From Bigelowiella natans CCMP2755 (Eukaryota; Protista; Cercozoa): a stretch of 64,000 nt of DNA. The stretch spans positions 1 to 64,000 of the forward strand of contig ADNK01000785.1 in assembly GCA_000320545.1 (NCBI GenBank), in the 5' to 3' direction. This document shows positions 1 through 13,083 of the stretch, piece after piece (position 1 is the first letter of the stretch; each line of letters begins with the position of its first letter). The notes below the pieces were generated by a model. It was not told where the DNA came from, searched no databases, and worked only from the letters and a program-made list of their open reading frames with translations. The translations under genes and the position numbers were made by a program.

Positions 1-343
1 TCGGCTGATGGCTTATTAATGAAAAGTCCTACCTGTTTCACTCATAGCTTCTGGCTAGTAGCTTTAGCAGGGGGGTGGAAGTTTTTTTGGGGCATTTGCT
101 CTTGTTGTAGCTTTGTTTGTAGCAAAGAGAAGTAGTGAGGGAACAGATGATTCACAAATTTTACATAGCTTCTTCCTTCTTACCTCGTCATACCCCCGCC
201 CCCTTTTCCTTGATTGCGTAATATCCCAGGAAGATGAACCTGAAGGTAACGTATTGTCTAACAATAGTTGCTGCTGTGCATTTTTTGACATATACTAAAT
301 TACTTGTGTACATTTGATCAAGTGTATACATGCCTTGATATGT

Positions 344-423
<80 letters not shown>

Positions 424-770
424 ACATATCAAGGCATGTATACACTTGATCAAATGTACACAAGTAATTTAGTATATGTCAAAAAATGCACAGCAGCAAC
501 TATTGTTAGACAATACGTTACCTTCAGGTTCATCTTCCTGGGATATTACGCAATCAAGGAAAAGGGGGCGGGGGTATGACGAGGTAAGAAGGAAGAAGCT
601 ATGTAAAATTTGTGAATCATCTGTTCCCTCACTACTTCTCTTTGCTACAAACAAAGCTACAACAAGAGCAAAAATGCCCCAAAAAAACTTCCACCCCCCT
701 GCTAAAGCTACTAGCCAGAAGCTAATGAGTGAAACAGGTAAGGACTTTTCATTAATAAGCCATCGCACGA
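1..770. repeat. Fold-back palindrome, ~385-bp arms centred at 383/384 on a (TA)n tract
   Basis: ORFs 188..463(-) and 304..579(+) are identical. 1-383 is the reverse complement of 384-770 apart from homopolymer deletions and mismatches near position 1. Confidence 0.95.
344..423. repeat. Compound (CA)n(TA)n(TG)n microsatellite at the palindrome centre
   Basis: Read directly from the sequence. Confidence 0.95.
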
Positions 771-1245
771 TCGTGAGGGTGGTCAACCTCAGGAAAGATT
801 GCTTTAACAAGTTTGGTCCCATGTTTCGCTGCCTTCACGGCAAGGTGATTTCCCATGTCCTTACGCGGCTTCGCATACTTTATGAAAAGTTCCTTTAATT
901 CCTTCATCTTTTGATGCTTCTTCCGAGCGAGAAACCTGGCGAAGAAGAGGTTTAGAACAGTTTATCTTTCAAGGAATAGGGAATTCGACAACGAATGACT
1001 CCAGCCGACCATTCAAATGAAGTAGTTGCAGCAGTACATACATACCTCACGTCTGTTCCGTCGACGTAATATCTCACAAACTGGATCACAGTCTTCTCAC
1101 GATAAAACCATTTTTGAAACTCCTTGAATGTAATCTTCTCGTCTGGATCGATCTTGAGGTAGTTGAAAACGTGCTTGGAAAGCGAATTTACGGGTAGACT
1201 AAGGAATGCGTCCAGGCGCGAAAGCACACCAGCAAGCCTCGCCAT
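752..1245 (-). CDS. Small two-exon hypothetical protein with an EF-hand-like motif; may have further 5' exons
   Basis: Exon 1245-1046 (LKIDPDEKITFKEFQKWF), GT-AG intron 1045-936, exon 935-752 (FLARKKHQKMKELKELF...HDRAMAY*) splice in frame. Confidence 0.55.
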
Positions 1246-3129
1246 CCCCCTTTATCAATATCAGTATCATTAATCGAAAAAAACTAAGATTGTGGCTTGA
1301 AGTGTAAAATTTTGCTGCTTTTATTGTTGATTGACGTATTCATTATTTTGGCTGAAGGTGCTCCTACCTGACAGATGCTAATATCAAAACTGTCAGCTCG
1401 TTTTGAGACAATTCCCCTTTGTCATCATAGTCAAACTGGAGAAGAACACATACACATAAGTCATACGACGTACAATATATGTATTTGGAATAATTGTGAT
1501 ATAAGTGGAAAATGTGGGTGTGTGTCGCGCGCGCGCGATTTTTGGGTTATGGTTCATGTCTCTACGTGGCTCACCAGGCTATAAACAAATTTCAGCTTAT
1601 CCGCAATTTTTGCATTGCAAAAAACTGCAGCCCCAGCTAGAAACATCCAAGTGTCCACAAACCTATTTGGTCCCTGAGAGATAAAAGGTGCAAATTTTCA
1701 AAACAAATTTTCCATAGCTTAATAGTGTCATCGAAGCATAAAACGCGTGCTTCTAACCCGCCAGATTTCGAAGTGCTTATCTACATCGTGCAGCCAAAAC
1801 CCTGCGACAGTCTCAAAATCATCCCGGTCTAATCTCTCCTTGTATCTGGATAAATGAACCCGGATTCAAGAAAGGAAAAACAGTGAATTTGGTGATCGAG
1901 TTAGAGCCAATGCAGCGTTCGAGCCAATGCAGCGAACTTTACCGCATCGTTTGGCCCAGAACATAGTATGTCTCCTTTAAATCAGCCAATTTAACTGATA
2001 TCGTTATGCGACCAATTAATGGAGTCAGTGGTCAGTGCAATGAATATTCTCAATACTTAAAGGACATCAAGAATCAACACAATAAATACAGGCACGTTTT
2101 GTATGGTTCCAAGACTTAAAAACATTTGTGGTCTCACACACACGTAGAGAACAAGTCATTTGATCTGCTATTCTTCATTCTGCAGGAAAGAAAAGAGATT
2201 AGCATTGATGGAAACATTGCCGTCGGTTACCATAGCGGTAACTGACGAGCGTTCTGTCGCTCACTACTTTGACCGACGCCGTCGACAAGTGAGTCCCTGG
2301 CATAAATCGGATAAGGTTTCAATACGAAGCAGCAGTTTGAATAAAGAATAACAAGGCCTCTGAGAAGCTCTGTCGAAGGATTGATAAGCGTAAGAAGCTT
2401 CGTAAGGGGGTAATGAGTGGAACGACCCATGCTGTCTCCTCCAAATTTCCGTTCCACGTTGTTGCTGCTGTTGTTGTTATTGTTGTTGTTGTAAACTCGA
2501 AACCGAACAAATACATTGAAAATACTTCGACTTGCACAAATTCAGAACTCAACCAACTCATTTCCATGTGGAATACCCGGTGCGTCAAGCATAAATTGCA
2601 TGTCGTAGGATATAATTCTAAGGTTACTTTTCGTGCAATTCTCTTCGTCTCCTGGATCATTTTCGACAACATCAACGGAGAGGGCACCTGATGGTGCTTG
2701 CCGCCAGAAACCTTACCTACTCATAAATTTGGAGTGGACGAAAAAGATAATAAAGATTCAGGCTTGGAAGAGGTTTAGAAGCTAGGGTTGGTGAGGAGGA
2801 GGCACAAGCCTACAAGGTTTCGTCCGTTGGAATTACTTTTTAACTGAAGGGTGGAATTACTTTTTAACTAAAGGGCTCTGTGTTGTAGGGTCGAAAACAG
2901 TCATGTCTGACAATGTTTCAGTGGATAAGCCAGATGTAACATTTCTGGATAACTTTCGAGGTAAAGAATTTTGCAGTTTATTGTTAAATTTTCACATCGG
3001 CTCTTCTTCTAGATATATTCACGTTCTTAATCACCTGGACGGTTACGACAGTAGCCTTTGCTTTCACATTGGCGGGGGTGAGCAATTGATGTCAATTGGT
3101 CTCAATTGGTCTGATAATCTTAACTGAGG

Positions 3130-3520
3130 TCGATCTCAACAGACTCGTATCGCCATTGTCCAAGGCTGCAAGTGTACTCTTTCATCCCCAATATTACTTG
3201 TAATAATTTGTAAATTTAATGTCGAATCTGGCTGAAACTCGCTCGTTTAGATACCTCTCTTAATGTGCATACTCGGCATCTGTATCAGTCTTTGGCAAGG
3301 TACGTTTTATGATTGTGCCTAGCAATTGCCTTATTCCCTAATGACTGGATGCGTCAGGGGCTTTGACGGCTTGCATGATAGCTGCACTTTACCGCTCGAT
3401 CCCATACTCGGTATCAGTAACAATAAATATTTTGAGTCTTATCTCACAATCACATTGGGATTTCAGCCTGGTGTCGATATTACAACTGGCCTTGGGATCG
3501 GACAGGTTCAATGAAACTAG
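3130..3520 (-). pseudogene. Decayed coding relic, possibly transposon/gag-derived
   Basis: One minus frame reads protein-like (IMQAVKAPDASSH*GIRQLLGTIIKRTLPKTDTDAEYAH*ERYLNERVSARFDIKF) but carries several stops. No family recognised. Confidence 0.25.
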
Positions 3521-5039
3521 GATTTCTAGTATGATATCGTGACTCTCCTCTCTTGTCAACATTTAGGCGATTGTCATATTGTACATACAACTGGGAGGGG
3601 CAGTTTTCATCCACTATTTTTCTTGTAATCCCGATGAAACTGAGGAAGATCTTCATGATGACTACGACCCATCTTTAAAAAAGGTTCTACCCAACTGCTT
3701 TTGCTCATGCAAATTGTAATTACCCGGTAATTAATTTCAGGAAAGCATGAAATCGAAGCAGCAAGATGTGGCAGTAGATTCGTGGAACACGGGATTGCGA
3801 ATGCACAGACCAAAATATTACCACACCGATCGCATTCAACTGTTTGAAAATTATTATTTTCAGAAATAAAGAATGTTGCTATTGAAATCTGTATACGTAG
3901 ATGTCGAGGTGCACTCGAGACTACCTAGCTACTGCTAGACTGTTGATCGAGACCGTGCAACATGCATGCTAGCTAGCCAGTACGCATAGCTAGCTAGCTA
4001 GATAGCAGCATAGCTAGGTGCTAGGTACAACAACGTCCGATCGACTAGCTAGCTAGCCGATCTAGCAACATGCTAGCATGCATGATGTACATGCATGCGT
4101 GTGACCGCCTCGATCTTATTGCACGTACTGTACATCTCTAGATCTACTAAAACATGCTACAGCGCATGCATGTGTGCACATTGTGTTGTTTGTCATCATG
4201 CATGATCGATGCGCATGCAATAATCTAGCTGCTAGCAGTAGTAGTAGCTACTAGGATGGCCGTGCGTGGAGCACGATGTAGCTATAGCTAGCTGCTGTAG
4301 TCTACGAAATTGCGAAGTATAAGTAGCACAATGAACTAGTGAACACAGCCCTCACATGATGCTGTTGTGTTGGTACCGTGCGCAGGCGTCTCACACATTC
4401 TAGACTAACAGACACTCTTGCACTGCACATCAACCATGCGCCAATCGCGGTGCCCATCATCAGAATCATCACACATTGAGCATTCAACATTTTCGACAAC
4501 TCATTACAATCCATTACAAAATTTGGCATTTCTACATCTTGACATGAATGTTCACACGGGGTGCAATGTTTACTCACCTGCTCATGAATCATCAACAATC
4601 ATTTTGCATCACCGGACAAACATGCATGGACAGATGAAACAATGAGACCAATGGTAGTTCTTCGAAGGGTATCATGGCTACGGGTCCCCCTTGAAGTCCG
4701 TTTGGAAACAGATACTTCAAGTATTACTCCATTTGGAGGGTATCATCAGGGGCCACCTGACTCATTGTTGCCCGCTTTTGACTTAAGAAAGCCCTATGGT
4801 GAATGACGAATACAAAGTTTGCAGCTCAGTCGACGCGAGGAGACAGGTTTTACCTTTCCGTCTTTCCTCATATGGCATTATTCACAACCATCTGTTGGAA
4901 TGAGAATACAGGATTTATGTAGGATGTTTGCATGCAACATTAGAAGTTATTGAGTAACTTTTGAGAAGGAATTTATAAGGATGTTCAATTGAACGAGGAG
5001 GATATTCAGAGGAGGATATTCATATGTAGGATTCTTATT

Positions 5040-5500
5040 GAAGTGCAAGCAAGTAACAGTTATCTTGAAAGTCACTTTGTTTCAAATATTGAATAACTGC
5101 AGCTATCAAGCTTTTCCTTAACCGAGCACGCCTAAAATAAAGGAACGAGGCGAATCGATGCTTAACATGTTTTTACTTTACGTCTCTGTTGCTGGTCTTT
5201 ATTTCTAAGGATTTTAGATCCAGCGTTGCCAATAGGATATTGCCTGGCACTTTGATAAAGGAAGGTAGTGCAACTAGGCGGCAACCAGAGCGAGATGACG
5301 AGATAATATTCGAAGTGTGTAGATGATATAGAGAGGTGTTCGTTTTTGCAAGTAACAAAAACAAACCAGTGTCTTCAGCATAGAAGCGACTTCTCCTCCA
5401 GAGCGGATTGATTTTCTGAAGTAATTTTTGAGCAGGCGACCGGGGAGGGTGGCGAGCCCTTCCCTGCCTTTTGGATTGTGTCGAGAATACGGGGAAGAAA
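5040..5500 (-). CDS. Possible exons of an unidentified gene divergent from eIF3e
   Basis: In-frame GT-AG splice joins QKLLQKINPLWRRSRFYAEDT to VALPSFIKVPGNILLATLDLKSLEIKTSNRD. Ends undefined, no homology recognised. Confidence 0.3.
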
Positions 5501-6589
5501 CTTAAGGCATAAACGAAACTATCATTACAAAAACATATTCATCTCTAATGAAATTTTTATTTATATATCGGTACCGCCTAAAATGAACAAAAAGTCTAGT
5601 TTTTGTGTATAATTGATATATTTTACTCTGTTTTTTTTTAAATATTTATATTCTACCCTTCATAAATATCTGAAATATAATATGTCAACAAAATTTTTCT
5701 GCACAATTTGTCCTATATTTGTACTAATAATGCTCCTCGGAAGCAAATTTCGCTCCTTTTGGGGATTATTTTCCAAAAATGCAAGGACTGAAATAGTTCA
5801 AGGGTTTCACAAAGCCACAATAATCTAGTTTTCTCTTTTCGAACCAAAACTTGCTTTATTCCCCTTCATTTCTCCGAAATCTAGATGATGCACATGGACA
5901 GCGCAGTTGTGGTGTGCCGCAAGACAAAATCGATGACTCTTTTCATCTCTCTTTCTTCTCAGCCAGACTTCAAAAAATAAATTATTTGCAATGCATTTGT
6001 TGTGTGATTGAGCTAAATATGTAATAAAATTCTAAAATTGGCTATTTTTTCAAGGGATACCCTCTCTTCTAGTTCTCTCATGCAAAGGATGCAACGTTCG
6101 AGGAAGACACATCAGTAACGATCTACCCGCCTACGACTACCCCCAAAATAGCTTTAGAATCGAAAGTACCCCAAAAATGAAGGGTATTTATTTTTAAAGA
6201 CAAACAGTCATTTTGGCTGGCCAAAGGATTACATATCCAGAGAGACTCTAGAGAACAGAGAAATAAGCATAGGTTTTAGGAGGTTTCTTGGAGGATATTA
6301 ATATACGACAATAATTTATTCATGTCGTAATTAAAAATATATATTTGCGGGAAGATTATTTGTCTCTATGTACAAATATCCTTTATTTTGTCGACGCGCT
6401 CACGGAAATAGAGCAGCGCGGCTCGGCGAAAACAGGTGCGTGGGCCAGCGCAGAAAGTTAGGAACATCGACAATGACATTTTGACGATAAAAGAGAAAGA
6501 ACAGATGTCGTAGATGTATAAAGTTCATTGTTTTTGTTGTCGTTGTGTACCATTTTCTGGTGCAGTTAAGTCTCATCTAAGAGTCAAAA

Positions 6590-7758
6590 ATGGCAGACCA
6601 GCCCCCCCCTTCTGGGGATTCGAAGAGCGGCCTTCCAGTTCAATATGACCTGACCCAGACCATCAGCTCTTACCTCGATCGGCACATGGTTCTCCTCCTC
6701 GTGGAGTATCTCGAGATGAAAGAAATGTACATTGGGTTGGGCTAGTCGGAATAGATTGGGGTTCTTCAATAGGGAATTGCAAATGCTTTCGCTAACATGT
6801 TATTGGTGCCTTTTCCTTAGTTCAAAATAAATACTGAGTGATAATTTGTCACAATATCACCAATATCGATAATTCTTTTTCGCTTATCGAATTAGTGCCC
6901 TGATTCTTTTGTAATCGCGCCGTTGTCTTAAAAATGAATTCTTACATTGAACTGCTCTCTCTCTCTCTCTCCCCAGGTACCCGGCAGACGATCTGCTTAA
7001 AACCAAATTGGATGTTGTTAGTAGGACGAAGATGGAATTCACCAAAATTCAAATGTAGTGTCCCACTTACATGATTGCATAATTCGACAAGACTAAGTAA
7101 TGCCATTATTCCAGTCAGAAACAAGTGCTGGAAACGGAAAATCCACCCGACAAGGAAGAAAAGTAATGAAAAACACTTATATATTAGATCGATGCATTGT
7201 GATGATGTTGGGGTTGTCGCTATCTTAGGATTAAGCTGGCTGACGAGCAATACAATGAGGCAAAGACATGTATCGAAAAGGAATATAAGATCGACTCGGT
7301 AAGGATATATATGCATGTACACATGTGTGAATGTGTGTGTGTGTATGTGTGTATGTTCTCATGCACATGTATGTTTGCAACTCGGGTATTACTGCTCATC
7401 CGGCAAGATATTAGATTGGGGTGCGATGATGAGCTTTTCAGAATAATCCCTGAGAATGGAAATATTATGCACGGCGCGACCGATTAATTGATTCCGATGC
7501 ACTCCTCTATCATCTCTACCTAAGGCAACCGAGTTCATTGAGAACGTTGTTAATGCGGGACTCACCGATCCCAACGTGACGTCTGAGGAAATCTTCGATT
7601 TTAAAAAGAAGAACATGATTGACAACGACAATCTAATGTGGCTCTTCAAATTTGCGAAGCTGGCATTTGAAATCGGTAGGAGTAGTAGGAGGAGTAGTGT
7701 GAACTGTCTTAGTAGTAGGAGGAGTAGGAGTAGGAGTAGTAGATGTTATGCAGCAGGA

Positions 7759-7833
<75 letters not shown>

Positions 7834-7947
7834 TAACTGTTTGGATTGAACACATCATATGTTGAGTAAAGTGTTGAGTAATATTGAGTAACTGTTTGGA
7901 TTGAACACATCATATGTTGAGTAAAGTGTTGAGTAATATTCAGTAAT

Positions 7948-7990
<43 letters not shown>

Positions 7991-10472
7991 TATATACACA
8001 TATATGTGTATACACATGTATGTGTGTATGTATTTATCTGTGATTCGTATATTTTGTGTGTGTGTGTGTGTGTGTACACTTTTCCCTGTATAGTCCCATT
8101 GATTAGTTTATTAAATCGTCACTGTGAAATTTTATTATTTTCCTAGGGCAATACAAAAGCAGCTGGAACTCACTTTCGGCATATAGAATTTTATCAACCG
8201 ACGATGACACGTCGTTCTTGGCGCTATGGGGCAAAGTACGCAATAATCCTCTCTCTCTCTCTCTCTCTCTCCCTCCCTCCCTCCTCTTTTCTCTCTCCTC
8301 CCTACTACTATGCCCCTCTTCTCACGTTCAATTATGGTCATAAAGGCCACTTACCCCGAGCTAATGTTACGTCACATCACGTGCTTTTGTTAGATCGCAG
8401 CTGGGATCAACACTCATGAGGTCAGCCCCGAGGACGTTATAGCCGACGTGAAAGAACTGGGAGGAATAATCGATCGACGATTCCAAGTGCCGATGCTCCA
8501 GCAACTGATGCAAAGGGCATGGCTTGTGAACTGGGCCTTGTTCGTGTACATGTCTAAGGTTGAGTACGCTCAGGAGTTCGTGGAGTTTGTTCTCCAGGAC
8601 AAGATTCTCAACGCGGTGCAGACCCGGTATGGATGTGTGTTCCACCTGCTGCAATATGTTGTTTGTGTCACCGTGGTGGGTGGGTGGGTGGGTGGGTGGG
8701 TGGATGAGCATCTCGGTGGCCATTGGGAGGTTGGGCAGAAGATAGTTGACCTCCTGAAGAATACAATTGAATATAACCGTCTCGTCGCGTTGTTATCATT
8801 TTCTGGTATCGTCGTTCATCTCGCTGATAAATAGTCTGATCTGCTGCTCAGGTGCCCATATATACTGCGGTACGTGGTCGCTGCGGTATTTGTAGCCTAC
8901 GATAAGAACCGCAAAGACTTGGAATCAACTCTCACAAGAGTCCTCCAAGTGAGTAGTAATAGTAGTAGTGAACGCCAGCATTATTGAAATGAGCTGCTTC
9001 CTTTACTTACATTATTACTAAGTCACCATCGATACACTACAAATTTCTGTCGTCATCGTCGTCCTCTCAAGGCACGATGACCATCCACGTGTCGCTGGGA
9101 TTGTAATATAAAACCATGTGTGTTGCGGTTTATTGATGCTTCCTCTCCACTTTCCTTGGTTGCTGTTTTTGTTCTTGCTGCCGTCTCTTAATCGATCAGA
9201 TGGAGAAGGACCGATATCGCGATCCGCTCACCGAGTTCCTTCGCAATCTGTTCGTCAATTATGACTTCGAGGCCGCACATCAGCAACTCGTAGAGTGTGA
9301 GAAGGTAGTAGTAGTAGTAGTAGTATAGCACGAAGCAATTCTCGCAAGTAGTTGGCTGTAGGGGTGACAGAGAAACTGATTGAGCTGGAAAGAGTGATGA
9401 TAACGGAGCCGATGATAATGATAATAATAAGCATGATGATGATGATGATGATGATGATTTGTGACAGTTGAGTGTTGCTTCCATCCATTTTGAGGAAAGA
9501 AATAACTGAAATTTAATGAATGCTGCTAGGTGTTCGACGTGGACTTCTTTTTAAATATACACACTGAGGAAGTGGAAGAGGTACGGGGAGCATCGTCAGA
9601 AAACACCTCACTCAATCGCAGCTGATAGTGGCGTTTTCGTGAAATATGATGAAATCTGATTTTGATGGACCATTCATCCCACACACCCCCAAATTACAGG
9701 ATGGCAAAAAGATAGTGAAGAACATCTACCGTGAGCAGTTCTTTAGAAACGCCCGCAAAGTGATGTTCGAGTTGTATTGCAGGTAGTAGTAGTATTAGCC
9801 TGCAAGCCCAACGATCATAGCTAAACTATTGTTGTGATGTTTGCTGTGTGCATGTGTGAGAATGAGAAGGGGGGGGGGGGGGGGAATAAGCGTATCATTC
9901 GGAGTAATTCAGTGTATCTTCATCAGCATCGTTTAAATTACATATTATACCCTTCCCCAGAATTCACAAAAGGATCGATATCAGCCTCCTAGCTAAGAGA
10001 CTCCATCTAGACGAAAAGGACACGGACAAAGCTCTTGTTAAACTTGTACGCGATGCGCCATTCGAGGGAAAAATAAACTCGGAGAAGAACCACCTCGTCA
10101 TCGCTACAAAATATCCTTCTATCTATCAGAAAGTTATCGACAAGGTACGCACTACTACTATTACAAAAGCTACTTTTAAGAAAGAAGAGAACAACACGAA
10201 GATTCGATACTCACCAAAGAGGAATATTTGCTCCCTTAAAAAACGGCCCAGAATTTACAAGTTTTATCTTTTCGAAATCAAATATACTTTGTTCCTCAAA
10301 TGTTAGCTACATATATCTCGACTATCACGAAGATATCATCGCAGGAAAGGCTCAACTGACAGAAAATTTGTGTGTAACACTATTCCCTCAGACAAAGCAG
10401 TTGTATCACCGCACACACGGCATTCTAGATGCCATCAAGAGGAAGAGACAACAGAAAGAACCGATGGACTAA
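6590..10472 (+). CDS. EIF3E: Eukaryotic translation initiation factor 3 subunit E (multi-exon)
   Basis: YDLTQTISSYLDRHMVLLLVEYL matches the eIF3e N-terminus. Later exons give FLALWGK, QQLMQRAWLVNWALFV, YRDPLTEFLRNLFVNYDFEAA, MFELYCRIHKRIDI and YPSIYQKVIDKTK (PCI domain). Stop at 10470-10472. Confidence 0.95.
7834..7945. repeat. 55-bp tandem duplication in an eIF3e intron, between two (TA)n tracts
   Basis: TAACTGTTTGGATTGAACACATCATATGTTGAGTAAAGTGTTGAGTAATATT occurs at 7834 and 7889. Confidence 0.9.
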
Positions 10473-11229
10473 TGGAAGCAGATAGTGGACGGTTTTCTGA
10501 AACGGTAGAGGACCTAATGCCTAGCTTTGTCCTCTTGCTTTGCGTCTTATATGCTCATAGCTATGTGCTCAGTATGCGACAGTACATCGGAACGTAGCCT
10601 AATAAAATTTTAACAACTCCGATACACATCATTGCAGTGAACAGTCATAGTCTAGAAGTCGGTGCATTGTATTAATAAAAGTGTACGTAGCTAAATGCAG
10701 GGTGCACAGCAGATAGACTAGTGAAGTCTGGTCGCGTCAGATCGGTGGCCGATGACGACTGATAATGTCATCTGTGCCGTACATGTGTGTAGCCACGCTA
10801 GCACGCCTAGACGCTCTCGCACAGATGACAGCTATCTAAACAATGCTAGAATGTGCTATGCTATGCTAGCTAAGCCTAGCATCATCTACTAGCTAGTCTA
10901 AAATCATGCATGTGTGCTGTGTGTCTACACACATACTAGCTAGCATATGTGTAAGTGTGTAGACTACAATGCATCTAGATATGACCGCACACTCATGCAT
11001 ACTTTTACTTGTCCTTTCAATTATTTATTATAAATAAAATCAAACCGTACAAACGTCGCATTACTTACTTTCTTTGTTGACTGCTAGCGCTACATGATGA
11101 TGCTATATTTTCATGCTGTATGCGATGTATGCTGCATTCGGGCCACCGTGCCTTCAGTTGCTGTCACTTGTTCTGCCCAGCGTATCTTAATGTCTTGAAT
11201 ACTGTTACTCCCACAATGTCTGATATTGA

Positions 11230-13047
11230 TCAATCCACTGGAGTAACGTCCTTTATGACATTTGATTTGCTCGTGTAGCTGTAGGTGGGAATTGAAAGAA
11301 ACGAAGCATTGGAGGAGGCTGTCTTATTATGCGAATGGTGCTTTTTTGGTGGTGAAACCGATCGTGACGACCGAATATCAGAGCTTCTTGACCGTCCCCT
11401 ACCACGCCTGAGCGGCATTTCAGGTTGTTTGCTCTCCTCCTGTACCGGCAAAAGTGCTGAAGATGATGATAACTGCGAGGTTCCACGTCGGTCTGGAGAC
11501 GCGGAACGCGCTCTTATACTGCGGCGTTCCTTGGATCCTTTGCGCCGAGGCGGTGTCATAATTCTCCCTCCCCCCCCCCCTCGCTGTGCTGTACGGCGGA
11601 ACGTGAAAATGCTTGGTGGTTGACCGGGGAGGGGAGGGACCGAATCTTTTGACTCATCAGATGAACTTGTGTGACGGCGCGGAGTGTTAACATGGAAATC
11701 AGTATCGTTTTTGGCTGCCGGAGATACGAGTCCAACTAACGACGAAAAGGCCAGAAAGCGCATCAATTTGAGGAAGAATGAAGAAGGAAAAGGGGGAAAT
11801 ATATGGATTTTTGCCTGTACCGTGCTCATAGCTAGAAGCTTCACTGCTCTGCATGAGTAAGCGAATGTTTGATCCCTTGGTTGATGAGTCATTCGATACA
11901 TTCTGGAACTTCATCTCTAGTCCATCCTGGAAGAAGAAGAAGAATAAGAAGACGACGAAGATATCTTTTGCTGATGATTCGCATGGTGTGGCACTACTAC
12001 GCACACAGTTTGTACTGAAACCTGTTTGTAAAATAACTCTGTTACCTTCTTGTCAACAAACTCGACCGAAGATCCGCGACGCTGCTTACTAGCAAGCTCC
12101 ATCTTCTCCATCTCATCACCTGAATTAGGAATGATGATAACAAGAAGCATAGCCTTTAGTATCAGTGACATAAAGAAACACCCATCGGCGTATCTCTTCT
12201 CGCCACACATCCATGATGTGATGATACTTACTCTTCCTATCCTCCTTGTACCGTCTCACTGCCCTTGGAGTTGCTGTTGGAAGAAGACAAAAGGCTCTTA
12301 CGACGTCATCATCTTAAGTGATGATGCTGCTGATGCTGCAAAATTACCACTACTTCTACTTACTTGTGCCATCGATCGACTTCGTGTCGTCGTCCATGGG
12401 AATGAGCGGGTTCTGTGAGTTCTGATGGCTGTGCATTACGGAACGTATACGTGCGGAGACAGGGTCATTGGAGTTCATATGAGAGGGCTGGAAGGAGTTT
12501 GCTGGTGTATTCAGCCGGATTACAACTGGCACCTGCACAGTAGTGGTGGTTAAACAGAATTGCAGGTGGCAGTCAATTAAACGCCTTTTGTTCGATAACT
12601 TCACAAGTTGACGAAGAGCTGCTGTTTTGTCGCGCTATCTCACTCCAAGACACACGCAGGTTGGGTGGTGGGATGATAAGAAGGTTGAGATGCCGAATAA
12701 TAGATCTAAAAACGCTGGGCGCCGCCACCACCTTGCAGTATCGAGCAGCACGGATGATGCCGTTCGTCATCATGTACCATTCCGTGATTGATATCAGTAT
12801 AAAGATGCCTTTATTATTATTATTATTATTATTTATCATCACAAAAACAGCAACGGACAAGATGGTAAAGTAAAATAACGAAGGATATCATTGCAAGGAA
12901 ATAATACGACCAAAACGCTACCTATCGACAGGATCACGCCTGCCAGTAACAGCACAAACGGGCTCACGACGATGTTTCGGAACGCCTCCACAAACGGCCT
13001 AATACAGCATAGAAGATGAATTATGTATTATCGTCGTGAACACACGG

Positions 13048-13083
<36 letters not shown>

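Noticed and set aside
64-579. Duplicate ORFs on both strands
   Set aside because: By-products of the palindrome and microsatellite.
1905-2870. Short direct repeats (GAGCCAATGCAGCG x2; GGAATTACTTTTTAACT x2) as CRISPR-like
   Set aside because: Only two copies each, no spacer array, eukaryotic context.
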